Positions 1 to 9,313 of a DNA stretch of 64,000 bases are shown here, piece by piece. This DNA is from Thermoanaerobaculia bacterium (GTDB lineage Bacteria; Acidobacteriota; Thermoanaerobaculia; Multivoradales; Multivoraceae). The notes below the pieces were generated by a model, which was not told the origin of the DNA, searched no databases, and saw only the letters and a list, made by a program, of their open reading frames with translations. Within the stretch, counting starts at the first letter, position 1. Each line of letters begins with the position of its first letter. The translations under genes and the position numbers were made by a program. The DNA lies in the NCBI GenBank assembly GCA_963664405.1, contig OY761158.1, positions 3,840,001-3,904,000 of the forward strand, read 5' to 3'.

Positions 1-2
1 TC

Positions 3-1721
3 ATGGACGCTCGCATCTCCGGGCGCTGGGAAGATGGGGAGGTGACCGGGGAGGCGCGCATCCAGGCCCGCGATCCTGAGCGCTGGAGCACGGAGCTGGG
101 ATTTGGCGTCCTGCTGCCGGACTACGAAACCACCGGCAGTCTCGAGGCAGCGCTGACTGGAGAGAGGTCTGCTGCCGGCGAGATCGCCGCCGAGGGGGCC
201 GTGTCGGTGAGTGGGGGGCTCGCTTCGGACGATGGCTCGAAGGTTCTCGCTGGGCTCAGCGGAGAGTACCGGGTGACCGCCACCTTCGACGGTGGCGATC
301 TCGAAGCGCGTGCCGTCGGCGAGCTCGGTGGCTTCGAGGCTCTCGTCGGTGAGCTCTACGCCGACTATCAGGAACGCTCGGTGTCGATGGACTTGAAGCT
401 CGGGTCGAGAGTCGTGGGCGGAGACCGGCTGTGGACGGCGGCCGGGGAGGCTTGGGTGCCGGAGGGTGCGGTCCGTGCTGAGGGCTCCGTGACTCGCTCA
501 GTGGACGGGGGTATCGACTACAGCTTGGCCGCGTCTGTCGAGGATCTCGGCGCTGCTCTCGGCTATCTGGTCCAGACCCCGTTCCAGGGCTCGGTCCCGC
601 AGATCGCCGACCTTCGAGCGAGTGGAAGTCTCGAGCTCACGGCGGCTGGACGCTTCGACGACGAGAGCGATCATGAGATCGAGGGTCGTCTGCGGGTGAC
701 AGAGGGCGCCGTCGAAGCACCGGGCGGAAGCTACGGGGCCGACAGGCTGGACCTCGACTTGCCCTTTCATTTGCGTTGGAAAGAGGGCGACCTCGTCGCC
801 TCGCCTGCCGAGGAGGCGCTCTTCGGCCGACTCGGTTTCGGGCGGATCCGCTTCGCCGGCCTCGAGATATCTCCGACGGCGGCGAACCTTCGCGTTCTTG
901 ATGACTCTGTCGATTTCGATCGCCACGTTTCTTTTCCCTTTCTGTCGGGAAATGTGACCCTGGAGAGCTTGTCCCTGGAAGGACTGCTTCGGCCTCAGCG
1001 AGGCCTTTCGAGCGCCGTTCGCCTGCGCGGCCTCCAGTTGGGCGATCTGTCGAAGGCGATGGGATGGTTGCCTCTCGAAGGTCAGGTGGAAGGGTACTTC
1101 CCGTCGGTCCATCTGACCCCCGAGAGCCTCGTTGTGCTCGGCGAGAGTCGAGTCGCTCTTTTCGATGGCACTGTCGTGGTCGAGAACATCTCGGGTAGCG
1201 ATTTGCTCTCGCGTTTTCCGAAATTGGGGTTCTCGGCTCGCTTCTTCGACATCGATCTCGGAGCCCTTACTCGCACCATCGAGTTCGGTGCGATCACCGG
1301 CAAGCTGCAGGGCTACGTCCGCGACGTAGAGCTATTCCGAGATGTTCCGGTGCGTTTCTCGGCCCGCTTCGAGACCGTGCCTCGGCGGGGCGAGCGACAG
1401 ACAGTCAGCGTGAAAGCGATCAGCAATCTCGCTCTCGTGAGTGGCGGGCGCCGTGTGAGCCTTTTCGATCGAGGTCTCTACAGCTTCTTCCGACGTTACC
1501 GATACCGCAGTCTCGGCGTTCAGGTCTTGCTGAACCAAGACCGCTTTCTGCTACGCGGCCTGGAGCAGCGCGCCGGGAAGGAGCTCATCTTGCGCGGCCG
1601 CTCTCCGCGCCGCCTTGACATCGTCAATGTGCGGCCGGGACGCACGGTGTACTTCCAGACAATGCTCGAGCGTCTGGGCAACCTCGATGTTCGCACCGGC
1701 GGCGAGGACGAGCGACCCTGA
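3..1721 (+). CDS. YdbH-like (AsmA-like) intermembrane lipid-transfer protein, probably 5'-truncated by the window edge
   Basis: 572-aa beta-rich, Gly-rich ORF. The C-terminus (G.L.G..P, LDIVN) resembles YdbH-type proteins, and it is followed by a YnbE/YdbL-like gene as in ydbH-ynbE-ydbL loci. Confidence 0.55.
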   Translation: MDARISGRWEDGEVTGEARIQARDPERWSTELGFGVLLPDYETTGSLEAALTGERSAAGEIAAEGAVSVSGGLASDDGSKVLAGLSGEYRVTATFDGGDLEARAVGELGGFEALVGELYADYQERSVSMDLKLGSRVVGGDRLWTAAGEAWVPEGAVRAEGSVTRSVDGGIDYSLAASVEDLGAALGYLVQTPFQGSVPQIADLRASGSLELTAAGRFDDESDHEIEGRLRVTEGAVEAPGGSYGADRLDLDLPFHLRWKEGDLVASPAEEALFGRLGFGRIRFAGLEISPTAANLRVLDDSVDFDRHVSFPFLSGNVTLESLSLEGLLRPQRGLSSAVRLRGLQLGDLSKAMGWLPLEGQVEGYFPSVHLTPESLVVLGESRVALFDGTVVVENISGSDLLSRFPKLGFSARFFDIDLGALTRTIEFGAITGKLQGYVRDVELFRDVPVRFSARFETVPRRGERQTVSVKAISNLALVSGGRRVSLFDRGLYSFFRRYRYRSLGVQVLLNQDRFLLRGLEQRAGKELILRGRSPRRLDIVNVRPGRTVYFQTMLERLGNLDVRTGGEDERP

Positions 1722-1723
1722 GG

Positions 1724-1890
1724 CTAGACCAGCGTTTCCAAAGTTCGCGCACATATCTCGGGCCCTTCTGCCCGCTGGCGTCGTTTCGCCTCCTCGACAT
1801 ATTGCCCAATATGCCTGCGTCGGCGCGCCTAGCCAGCGAACAGAATGACCTCGAGCTATTGCAGCACGAGCTTTGGAAACGCTGGTCTTG
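1724..1890. mobile_element. MITE-like element, family 2, copy 1 (167 bp)
   Basis: Left end CTAGACCAGCGTTTCCAAAG, right end CTTTGGAAACGCTGGTCTTG; AGACCAGCGTTTCCAAAG (1726-1743) is a perfect inverted repeat of 1871-1888. The same termini recur at 48779-48912. Confidence 0.85.
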
Positions 1891-1896
1891 TGGGCG

Positions 1897-1902
1897 TATA
1901 CT
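1897..1902 (+). promoter_or_regulatory. Putative sigma70 -10 box (TATACT) of a leaderless transcript
   Basis: TATACT lies 6 nt before GTG 1909, with no Shine-Dalgarno in between. Confidence 0.5.
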
Positions 1903-1908
1903 GAGCTC

Positions 1909-2535
1909 GTGAAGCGCTTGTTCCCCTACGCCCCAGCGCCCCTACTCCTGCTCGCCGCCGCGTGCGTGACGGTCAATGTCTACTTTCCCGAGGGTGAGAT
2001 CCGAGACCTGTCACGACAGATCGAAGAAGAGATCCGGCAGCAGGCAGCCGAGGAGGCCGCTGCCGAGCCCGAGGAGGGACAGTTTCCCCAGTCCTCCTCG
2101 CTCAGGTTGGGAGCGAGGCTCCGGCGGGCAGCCTTCGCCGTGGTTTCCGGGATCCCAGTGCAGGCCCAGGAAAAGGTGCCGGATCCGGGGGTCTCCAATC
2201 CGGCGATTCGCAAGATCATCGATTCCCGGGCCCAGCGCCTGGGGGCGATCAACGGCTTCAAAGCTGGCGGTGCGGTGGGGGAGAACAATAAGGCGTTGCT
2301 GGAGCTGAGAGCGCTCGACGCGGTGTCGGACCTTCGCCAGCGCGCCGAGCTACAACGCCTGGTAAAGGAGGAGAACGCCGACCGCGAGAATTTGTTCAGG
2401 GAGATCGCCGTCGCCACCGCCGTTGACCCCTCCGAGATCCCGCGAATTCGTCAGACCTACGCGGCGACTCTTCGCGAGGAGGCGAACAGGGGTGACTGGA
2501 TCCAGATGCCCGACGCCAGCTGGCGCCAGAAGTAA
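1909..2535 (+). CDS. YdbL/DUF1318 family lipoprotein with YnbE-like N-terminus
   Basis: Lipobox-like LAAAC followed by VTVNVYFP. The C-terminal GAVGENNKALLE...VKEENADR...GDWIQMPDASW pattern matches DUF1318. Start reassigned to GTG 1909. Confidence 0.75.
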   Translation: MKRLFPYAPAPLLLLAAACVTVNVYFPEGEIRDLSRQIEEEIRQQAAEEAAAEPEEGQFPQSSSLRLGARLRRAAFAVVSGIPVQAQEKVPDPGVSNPAIRKIIDSRAQRLGAINGFKAGGAVGENNKALLELRALDAVSDLRQRAELQRLVKEENADRENLFREIAVATAVDPSEIPRIRQTYAATLREEANRGDWIQMPDASWRQK

Positions 2536-2609
2536 CTCGCTGCCCGCCGGTGAGTCGGTTCGCAGCCGGCGAGATCGCTCACCGCCGCCGGCGATGTTAG
2601 CCGCCGTAG

Positions 2610-3725
2610 TTACTGCAGACGCAGTCGAACCTCTTTTTCTTGGCCGTTGCGAAGGTATTTCACCGTCACCAGATCGCCGATTTCTCTCTTCTCGAGGATC
2701 AGGGTCAGATCTCCACGTGAGAGGACGGATTGACCGTCGATGGCGGTGATGACGTCTCCGAGCCGCCAGCGGCCCTGGCGGTCCCGGCGGATCGGGCGGA
2801 GACCCGCCTCGGCTGCCCCGCCGTCGGGGTCGATTCTGTCGAATATGAGGCCTTTGATACCGTTTCGCCTCGCCAGGGCATCACTAACGGGGTAGATGCC
2901 CAGCTTCGGTCGCATGATGCGGCCGTACTCGATGAGGTCAGGCACCACCCAGTTCACGGTATCGGCTGGGATGGCGAAGCCGATTCCGGCCGAGGCACCG
3001 CTCGGGCTGTAGATCTGCGTATTGACGCCGATGAGACGTCCTTCGCTGTCGAGGAGTGGCCCGCCGGAGTTGCCGGGGTTGATGGCGGCATCGGTCTGGA
3101 TCACGTCTTCGATGCGGGTACGATCGCGATCGCGCGACTCGATCTCACGCCCCAAGGCGCTGACGACTCCGGTGGTTAGAGAGTGGTCGAGCCCGAAAGG
3201 GTTACCGATGGCGAACGCTTTCTGGCCCACCAGCAGATCGGAAGAGCTGCCGCGAGGCAACGGCTTCAGCTTTTCCTCCGGCGCGTCGATACGCAGCACC
3301 GCGAGATCTTTCTCGGCGGCAAAGCCGATGGGCTGGGCGGTCCAGGTCGTTTGGTCGGCTAGAGTTACTTGTGCCGCCTCCGCGCCCTCGATCACATGGT
3401 AGTTGGTGACGATATGGCCCTGCTCGTCCCAGATGAATCCCGAGCCGGAGCCACTGGGGACGGCGTACTCGTTCACTGTCCAGGGCTGGCGTCTGACGTC
3501 GATGGTGGTGATGAAGACCACCGAAGGGGCTGAGCGGCGGAACAACTCGACCGTGGTGAGCTCGTCGGCGTGGAGAGGACCGCGAGGCGCGATCGGAGCG
3601 AGCTCCGGCTGCGCCGCGAGCGCGATCGGAACGCTTCCCGGAGCCAGCCGTCCTTGCCATAGCAGGCCGAAGTAAAAGGCGCCGCCTATGGCTACGATGA
3701 AGAGTGAGGTTTGGGCAAGTCGCAC
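2610..3725 (-). CDS. HtrA/DegP-family trypsin-like serine protease with one PDZ domain
   Basis: GSGSGF, TNYHV (His), DLAVL (Asp), IQTDAAINPGNSGGPL (Ser), C-terminal PDZ and an N-terminal TM segment. Start reassigned to GTG 3725. Confidence 0.93.
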   Translation of the reverse strand: MRLAQTSLFIVAIGGAFYFGLLWQGRLAPGSVPIALAAQPELAPIAPRGPLHADELTTVELFRRSAPSVVFITTIDVRRQPWTVNEYAVPSGSGSGFIWDEQGHIVTNYHVIEGAEAAQVTLADQTTWTAQPIGFAAEKDLAVLRIDAPEEKLKPLPRGSSSDLLVGQKAFAIGNPFGLDHSLTTGVVSALGREIESRDRDRTRIEDVIQTDAAINPGNSGGPLLDSEGRLIGVNTQIYSPSGASAGIGFAIPADTVNWVVPDLIEYGRIMRPKLGIYPVSDALARRNGIKGLIFDRIDPDGGAAEAGLRPIRRDRQGRWRLGDVITAIDGQSVLSRGDLTLILEKREIGDLVTVKYLRNGQEKEVRLRLQ

Positions 3726-3734
3726 GTCCCAGCG

Positions 3735-3742
3735 ATTATAGT
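3735..3742. promoter_or_regulatory. Overlapping divergent -10 boxes (TATAAT on minus 3735-3740; TATAGT on plus 3737-3742)
   Basis: AT-rich ATTATAGT inside a 24-bp gap between two in-frame GTG starts. Confidence 0.55.
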
Positions 3743-3749
3743 GGCGTTC

Positions 3750-5468
3750 GTGCCGAGTTATGTGCTGCCTGATGCCAAGGCTCATTTGTCGGTTGAGGCG
3801 CTCGGGGCTTTCGAGGAGGCGATCGCCCGTTGGGATGGCCGCCGTGGCAACGAGCTCTTGTGGCAGCGCCAAGCCTCGCTGTGGACCGGCGGTAGTGAGA
3901 GTCTCCGGCTCGGTTGGCTCGAGCCTGACCGGCTTACGTCGCTCGACGAGCTCGAATCTTTCGCCACGGAGATCCGAGAGGAGCAGATCCGCTGGGTCGT
4001 GCTGTTGGGTATGGGAGGGTCCAGCCTTGGCGCCGATCTACTGGCGGAGGCGTGTAGCCCTTCCCGAGGCCCGACCCTGCTGGTTCTCGACTCTACCGAT
4101 CCGGACGAGATTCGCAGCGTCGAGGCCCGCATTGAGCTCGAGCGCACGCTCTTCGTAGTCGCAAGCAAGTCGGGAACGACCGAGGAGACCGTTTCCCTCG
4201 AGTCCTACTTCTTCGACCTTCTCGGCAAACGCATGCCGTCGTCCGATGCCGCCTCGCATTTCGTGGCCATCACCGATCCGTCGACGCCCTTATTGACACG
4301 AGCGAAAGAGAGGGGCTACCGAGGGATCTTCGTCGGGGCTGAGGATGTCGGTGGCCGCTACTCGGTGCTCTCTGTGTTCGGACTCGTTCCAGCGGCGGCA
4401 CTGGGTTGTGACTGCCGATCGCTGCTCGCTTCGGCACGAGCGGTACAGAGCGAGATCGGCGCTGATCGGTCGGCCGCGGAGAGCCCTGGCATCGGGTTGG
4501 GATTGCTCCTGGGCACACTCGCGGCTCGGGGGCACGACAAGCTGACTCTAGGGCTGCCCGACTCCCTCGAGGCGCTGGGCTGGTGGTTGGAGCAGCTGAT
4601 CGCGGAATCGACCGGTAAAGACGAAAAGGGCATCCTGCCGGTAGTAGGAGAGCCTCGGCGCGAGGTCTCGAGCTACGCCACGGATCGCGTGCTCGTCGAC
4701 TGGCGGGGCGAAGATCCATCCGCGGAAGTCGTTTCCGGTGCGACTCGAATCTCTCTTGCCGCCCCGGGGGTGGAGAACCTCGGCGCTGAGCTCTACCGCT
4801 GGCAGCTGGCTACGGCGGTGGCCGGGTCGGTTCTCGCTCTCAACCCCTTTGATCAGCCCGACGTGGATGCGAGTAAAGTGGCGACTCAGCAGCTTGTCGG
4901 CGATCGTAAGACTGTTGCCCCCGAACCTCGAGTCGTCGAAGTGTTGGCGGATGAGAACGGGCGTTGGTTCGGGGGCTCGGCCTTGGCGGGGGCGCGTGAC
5001 CGCTCTGAGGTCGTCCGCTCGTGGCTGCATCGTCTTGCACCTGGCGGCTTCTTCGCCACGCTGGCTTATCTACCCCGAGAGCCGGCCTTCGAGGATCTTC
5101 TGGTGCGGCTGCGCACCGCGGTGCACGAAGGGACCGGGGTGGTTACCACTCTCGGCTTCGGCCCTCGATATCTCCACTCGACCGGGCAGTTCCACAAGGG
5201 CGGTCCGAACTACGGCACTTTCCTGATCCTCACGCGGGAGGAGAGGGAGACGTTACCTATCCCGGGCCGAGCTCTCTCTTTCGGCCAGCTCGAAGACGCC
5301 CAGGCTCGAGGTGACGTTCAGGTCCTCCACCAGCGTGGTCGCAACGTTCTTCAGGTCCATCTTCTCGGGCGGGTAGAGGAGGCACTGGAGAGTCTGGTAC
5401 ATACCGTGGAGCTTGCGCTTCGAGAGATGGAACCGAGCTTTCCACTGGGCCGTGAACTGCCCTCCTGA
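3750..5468 (+). CDS. pgi: Glucose-6-phosphate isomerase (PGI domain of the Tal-PGI type)
   Basis: LLGMGGSSLG, VASKSGTTEET, DVGGRYSVLS, EQLIAESTGK, NPFDQPDV and GPRYLHSTGQFHKGGP motifs. Start codon uncertain (GTG 3750 or 3762). Confidence 0.88.
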   Translation: MPSYVLPDAKAHLSVEALGAFEEAIARWDGRRGNELLWQRQASLWTGGSESLRLGWLEPDRLTSLDELESFATEIREEQIRWVVLLGMGGSSLGADLLAEACSPSRGPTLLVLDSTDPDEIRSVEARIELERTLFVVASKSGTTEETVSLESYFFDLLGKRMPSSDAASHFVAITDPSTPLLTRAKERGYRGIFVGAEDVGGRYSVLSVFGLVPAAALGCDCRSLLASARAVQSEIGADRSAAESPGIGLGLLLGTLAARGHDKLTLGLPDSLEALGWWLEQLIAESTGKDEKGILPVVGEPRREVSSYATDRVLVDWRGEDPSAEVVSGATRISLAAPGVENLGAELYRWQLATAVAGSVLALNPFDQPDVDASKVATQQLVGDRKTVAPEPRVVEVLADENGRWFGGSALAGARDRSEVVRSWLHRLAPGGFFATLAYLPREPAFEDLLVRLRTAVHEGTGVVTTLGFGPRYLHSTGQFHKGGPNYGTFLILTREERETLPIPGRALSFGQLEDAQARGDVQVLHQRGRNVLQVHLLGRVEEALESLVHTVELALREMEPSFPLGRELPS

Positions 5469-5473
5469 GGTGA

Positions 5474-5493
5474 GCTGTCCGTTCGCGGACAGC
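5474..5493. terminator. GC-rich hairpin between convergent genes
   Basis: GCTGTCCG-TTCG-CGGACAGC, an 8-bp perfect stem with no U-tract. Confidence 0.5.
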
Positions 5494-5506
5494 CTCCAGC
5501 CCGCTG

Positions 5507-8005
5507 CTACGGATAGTAGCCGCGCATAGCCTTCGGCTCGAGGCCTGGGCCCTCCACTAGCACTTCGACTTCTCGGAAAGCGCGCGAGCCGTCGGTATTG
5601 GAGGACTGGTAGCCGATGAGGTAGCGCGAACGGATCTCCTCCTGGATGGTGGCGTAGATCGCGCTGAGCTCGGTGGCGTCGGAGATGAAGAAGCTACGCC
5701 CGCCGGTCTCTTCGGCAATCTGCGTCAGGCCCTTCTTAGCGGGTCCAGATCCCTTTCCTTCGATGTCGAGGCCGATTGCGTAGATCGAGACTCCGGTACG
5801 CCTAGCGTACTCGCGGGCGTCTTCGAACTCGAAGCGGCTGCTCTCGTCTTTGCCGTCGGAGAGCAGCAGCAGGACCCGCTGACCTTTGACACCGTTGAAG
5901 TAATAGAGAGCGAAGATGAGACTGTCGTAGAGCGCCGTTCCGCGCTCCGCCTTGATCGCAGCCAGCCCGGCGGCGAGGTCGCCGACATCGTTGGAGAACT
6001 TCATCGCCAGCTGCGGGTGGTCGTTGAAGGTAAAGAGAGCGGCCCGATCTTTGGGGGTGATCGTTTCCTGGAAAAAGCGGAGGGCGGCCTGCTTGGTGGC
6101 TTCGATGTGCGGTGTCATCGAAGCTGAGACATCGAGCATGATGCCGGCGTGAATCGGCAGGTTCTTGACCAGGTCGAAGCGGACGATCTGCTGTTGGACG
6201 CCGTCCTCGAAAGCGGTGAAGTCCTCTTCCTTCAGCACCAGGACCGGGCGCTTCTGTTTGTCGAGGACGGTGGTGTAGAGCTCGACGAACTCCACCTCGA
6301 CCTCTTCCAGATAGTCGGGGGCGTTGATGAAAACCAGATCCTCGGTCGAGTTGCCGTCTGGGCGATAGGCCACGGCTCGCACGTAGCCGAGACTGCCTGC
6401 TTCCGGCAGTCGGATCGCTTGAGTGAAGGGCGGTTGATAGAGGGTCGCGGCAAGGTCTTCGTTGAGATAGAACTCGACCCGCTCGACAACCGAATCTTCG
6501 GGTACTGAGACGTCGGCCGTGGCGGTGACTTCGTTGGTGTAGGTCACGCCCGGCAGAGGCTCGATCAGGCGTACTCCGAAACGATGGACACCCCCATTGA
6601 TGAGCAACTCATCGGTAGCGACCTGCTCACCCTCCGCGTTGAAAGCGACTGCACGCAGCTCGTGGGTGCTCGGTACCTCTCCGAGGTCGAACTCTACGCT
6701 CCAAGGTGGGCGCCTCTTGCGTAGTGCGGTGTGGTCGTTGAGAGAGAACACGACCTCGACGATGTCGTCACCAGTAGTGAGGGTGTCGAAGCGCACCATC
6801 CCCGATTGCATGTCTCCACGCGGCGGAATCAGCTCCAAGGTCGTCGCGTCGAAGGTCAGAGCGGCGGTTGCCGCGGCGAAGATCTCGGCGCTCTCGGCAT
6901 CGGGAGGGGGTCTGGGAGCCGACCCGTCGAGGACGGGAACCTCGATGTCTCGCTCGCTCCTGAAGAAGCTCCCGTTGGACATGTCCTCGAGCTTGAGAAC
7001 GAGTCGGTAGGACCCGGGTCGCAGCCGGCGTTGGAAGCTCATGGGGATGGTGTTGGTGCCGACGCTTTCGGCGGGGAAGTCGAATTTGTAGCGAAAGTTC
7101 TCGAACAGAGTTGTTTCTCTGAGAATCTCGCCCGAGAGAACGAAGTTGTACGAGGCTTTTCCGGCCAGTTCGGTCTTTCCCACCTTCGTCGGGTCGACCT
7201 TGACGGTGCCGTTCATCACGGTGCGGCTCTGATAGCGTTCCGGAAAGTCCAAGGCAAGCTCCGCCGGGAATACTGCCGCGCCTTCCGGAAGGTCGGTGGA
7301 ATAGGACTCGAAGGTTGCGACCCACTCCGGCGATGGCGAGACCGCCGGTTGACTCAGCCTCGCCTCCAACAGGTCCCACTCGAAAGGATTGGCGAGGAGC
7401 GCTCGCAGCACTCGGGCGACGATGTCTCCGTCTCTGCAGGCTTCGAGGTCGAACCAGAAGTTCTGGTCGACGCCGTTACTCAAGTTGTCTAAGAGCTCTC
7501 CGATGCCGTCACGGGGGCGAAAGATATAGAAGCGTCTTCCACCGTACTTCTTCACAAAAACGAGGAAGAACTCGTGGGGGATCTTCTCACTGCCGTCGTA
7601 GAACCAGACTTCCAGTGGCCAGGTATGGGCAGTGCAGACGAATTCAATACGCCCATCCGGAGCGCCGTTCATGAGCAGCATCTGCGAACGATCTTCGTTG
7701 AGGTCTCCGAACAGCTCCTGGGCGTCGGCAATGAGGTTCAGATAGCGGTCCCTGAACTCGTTGCGCGTGCTGTCGGGATAGGGGTCGCGGATGCGCCACC
7801 ACTTCTCGATGAAGGCGTCACGCTGGTAGTCCTTCTCGAGCTCCAGGAAGGCCGCTAGCTCTTCCTTGCTGATCAGAAGCTCGACGGTCTCCAGCCAAAC
7901 CTGGTAGCCGGCCGGCAGTTCTCCGATCCGCTTGTCCTTCTTGGCGGCCGCAAGTGCCGCAATCAGGACCAGAAGGATGGGTACGAGAAATCGAAGACGG
8001 CGCAT
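5507..8005 (-). CDS. Secreted GWxTD-like domain + Ig-like + acidobacterial VWA domain protein
   Basis: Signal peptide; N-terminal LLISKEE...FIEKWWRIRDPYPDSTRNEF...DR...GAPD; C-terminal MIDAS motif DVSAS...T.LYD...LLSDGKD and Y.IGY.SSN. Confidence 0.85.
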   Translation of the reverse strand: MRRLRFLVPILLVLIAALAAAKKDKRIGELPAGYQVWLETVELLISKEELAAFLELEKDYQRDAFIEKWWRIRDPYPDSTRNEFRDRYLNLIADAQELFGDLNEDRSQMLLMNGAPDGRIEFVCTAHTWPLEVWFYDGSEKIPHEFFLVFVKKYGGRRFYIFRPRDGIGELLDNLSNGVDQNFWFDLEACRDGDIVARVLRALLANPFEWDLLEARLSQPAVSPSPEWVATFESYSTDLPEGAAVFPAELALDFPERYQSRTVMNGTVKVDPTKVGKTELAGKASYNFVLSGEILRETTLFENFRYKFDFPAESVGTNTIPMSFQRRLRPGSYRLVLKLEDMSNGSFFRSERDIEVPVLDGSAPRPPPDAESAEIFAAATAALTFDATTLELIPPRGDMQSGMVRFDTLTTGDDIVEVVFSLNDHTALRKRRPPWSVEFDLGEVPSTHELRAVAFNAEGEQVATDELLINGGVHRFGVRLIEPLPGVTYTNEVTATADVSVPEDSVVERVEFYLNEDLAATLYQPPFTQAIRLPEAGSLGYVRAVAYRPDGNSTEDLVFINAPDYLEEVEVEFVELYTTVLDKQKRPVLVLKEEDFTAFEDGVQQQIVRFDLVKNLPIHAGIMLDVSASMTPHIEATKQAALRFFQETITPKDRAALFTFNDHPQLAMKFSNDVGDLAAGLAAIKAERGTALYDSLIFALYYFNGVKGQRVLLLLSDGKDESSRFEFEDAREYARRTGVSIYAIGLDIEGKGSGPAKKGLTQIAEETGGRSFFISDATELSAIYATIQEEIRSRYLIGYQSSNTDGSRAFREVEVLVEGPGLEPKAMRGYYP

Positions 8006-8158
8006 GAGGTGAAGTCACCGGCCGATGCCGGTAGAGCGATTCTCTCAACTCTACTACGTTGGCGGTGTCGAGCATGGATGGCGTCGCCCCTGTGTCGACG
8101 GCCGGGCCGCTCCAGGATTGGTCACCATTCTCGGATCGGAGGTACAATTTGGGGCTCG

Positions 8159-9310
8159 ATGGCGACCTACCTCGACAATAATGCGACCACGCCGCTCGAT
8201 CCGCGAGCTCGGGAGGCAATGCTGGAATGGCTGGGCAGGCGCCATGGCAACCCCTCGTCGGCTCACCGTTTCGGTCAGGACGCTCGTGAGGCTGTCGAAG
8301 TCGCCCGGGCAGAGGTCGCGACTCTTCTCGGTGGGCGCCCCGAAGAAGTGGTGTTCATGGGCTCCGGTACCGAGGCAAATAACGCCGTTCTTTGGAGCGC
8401 CGCCAGGCGTTACGGTTTCTCGGGCCATCTGGTGATCTCGGCTCTGGAGCATCCCTCGATTCGTGTTGTTGCCGAGGATCTTGTCGAGTTGGGGATGGAG
8501 CTCACGGTGCTGGCTCCCAGCGTTGAGGGCGTGCTCGACCCGGCGGCTGTCGGCGCTGCAATAAGGCCCGATACGCGGTTGGTCTGCCTGATGTCGGCGA
8601 ATAACGAAGTCGGTACCCTGCAGCCGGTAGCCGAGGTGGCGACTATCTGCCGCCGCCGGCGGGTGGCGCTCCACTGCGATGCCGCACAGGCTGCCGGCAA
8701 GGTCCCCACCAGCGTCGAGACTCTCGAGGCTGACACGGTGACCTTGGCGGCTCACAAGTTTCATGGGCCGCTCGGTGCCGCGGCGCTTTGGATAGGCAGC
8801 GATACGGAGTTCCGCGCCCACATCTTGGGCGGAGGTCAGGAGCGCCGCCGCCGAGCGAGCACCGAGAATGTTGCCGCCCTGGTCGGTTTCGGGGAGATCG
8901 CGATGTGGGCTGGCCGAGAGCTGGAGGAGCGCCAAGAGCACTTGCGTTCGTTGCGCGATCGCTTCGAGCAGAGCTTGGGCCAGATCGACGATGTGCGCAT
9001 CCACTGCCAGGGCAGTCCGCGGCTTCCCCATACTTCTCACGTCGCTTTCATGGGGGTCGAAGGGGAAGCCCTGACCATTCGTCTCGATCTCGCCGGCTTT
9101 GCGGTGTCCACCGGCTCCGCCTGCGCCTCGGGGGCGGTCGAGCCCAGTCCCGCCCTTCTCGCCTTGGGCCTTTCGCCGGAGGAGGCTCTGGCTTCGGTGC
9201 GGATCAGCTTCGGCATGGCCAACACCCTGGACGAGGTCGAGCCCTTTGTCGCGGCTCTGAGCCAGGAGGTCGGTGCCTTGCGTCGACTTGCCCCCTCGTT
9301 GGAGACTTGA
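8159..9310 (+). CDS. iscS: Cysteine desulfurase (IscS/NifS class I)
   Basis: YLDNNATTP, GTEANN, LEHPS, NNEVGTLQP, AHKFHGP (PLP Lys) and STGSACASG (catalytic Cys). TACAAT at 8143-8148 supports ATG 8159. Confidence 0.93.
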   Translation: MATYLDNNATTPLDPRAREAMLEWLGRRHGNPSSAHRFGQDAREAVEVARAEVATLLGGRPEEVVFMGSGTEANNAVLWSAARRYGFSGHLVISALEHPSIRVVAEDLVELGMELTVLAPSVEGVLDPAAVGAAIRPDTRLVCLMSANNEVGTLQPVAEVATICRRRRVALHCDAAQAAGKVPTSVETLEADTVTLAAHKFHGPLGAAALWIGSDTEFRAHILGGGQERRRRASTENVAALVGFGEIAMWAGRELEERQEHLRSLRDRFEQSLGQIDDVRIHCQGSPRLPHTSHVAFMGVEGEALTIRLDLAGFAVSTGSACASGAVEPSPALLALGLSPEEALASVRISFGMANTLDEVEPFVAALSQEVGALRRLAPSLET

Positions 9311-9313
9311 CCG

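Noticed and set aside
3711-3872. Head-to-head coding overlap between the protease and pgi
   Set aside because: An artefact of longest-ORF start choice; GTG 3725 and GTG 3750 remove it.
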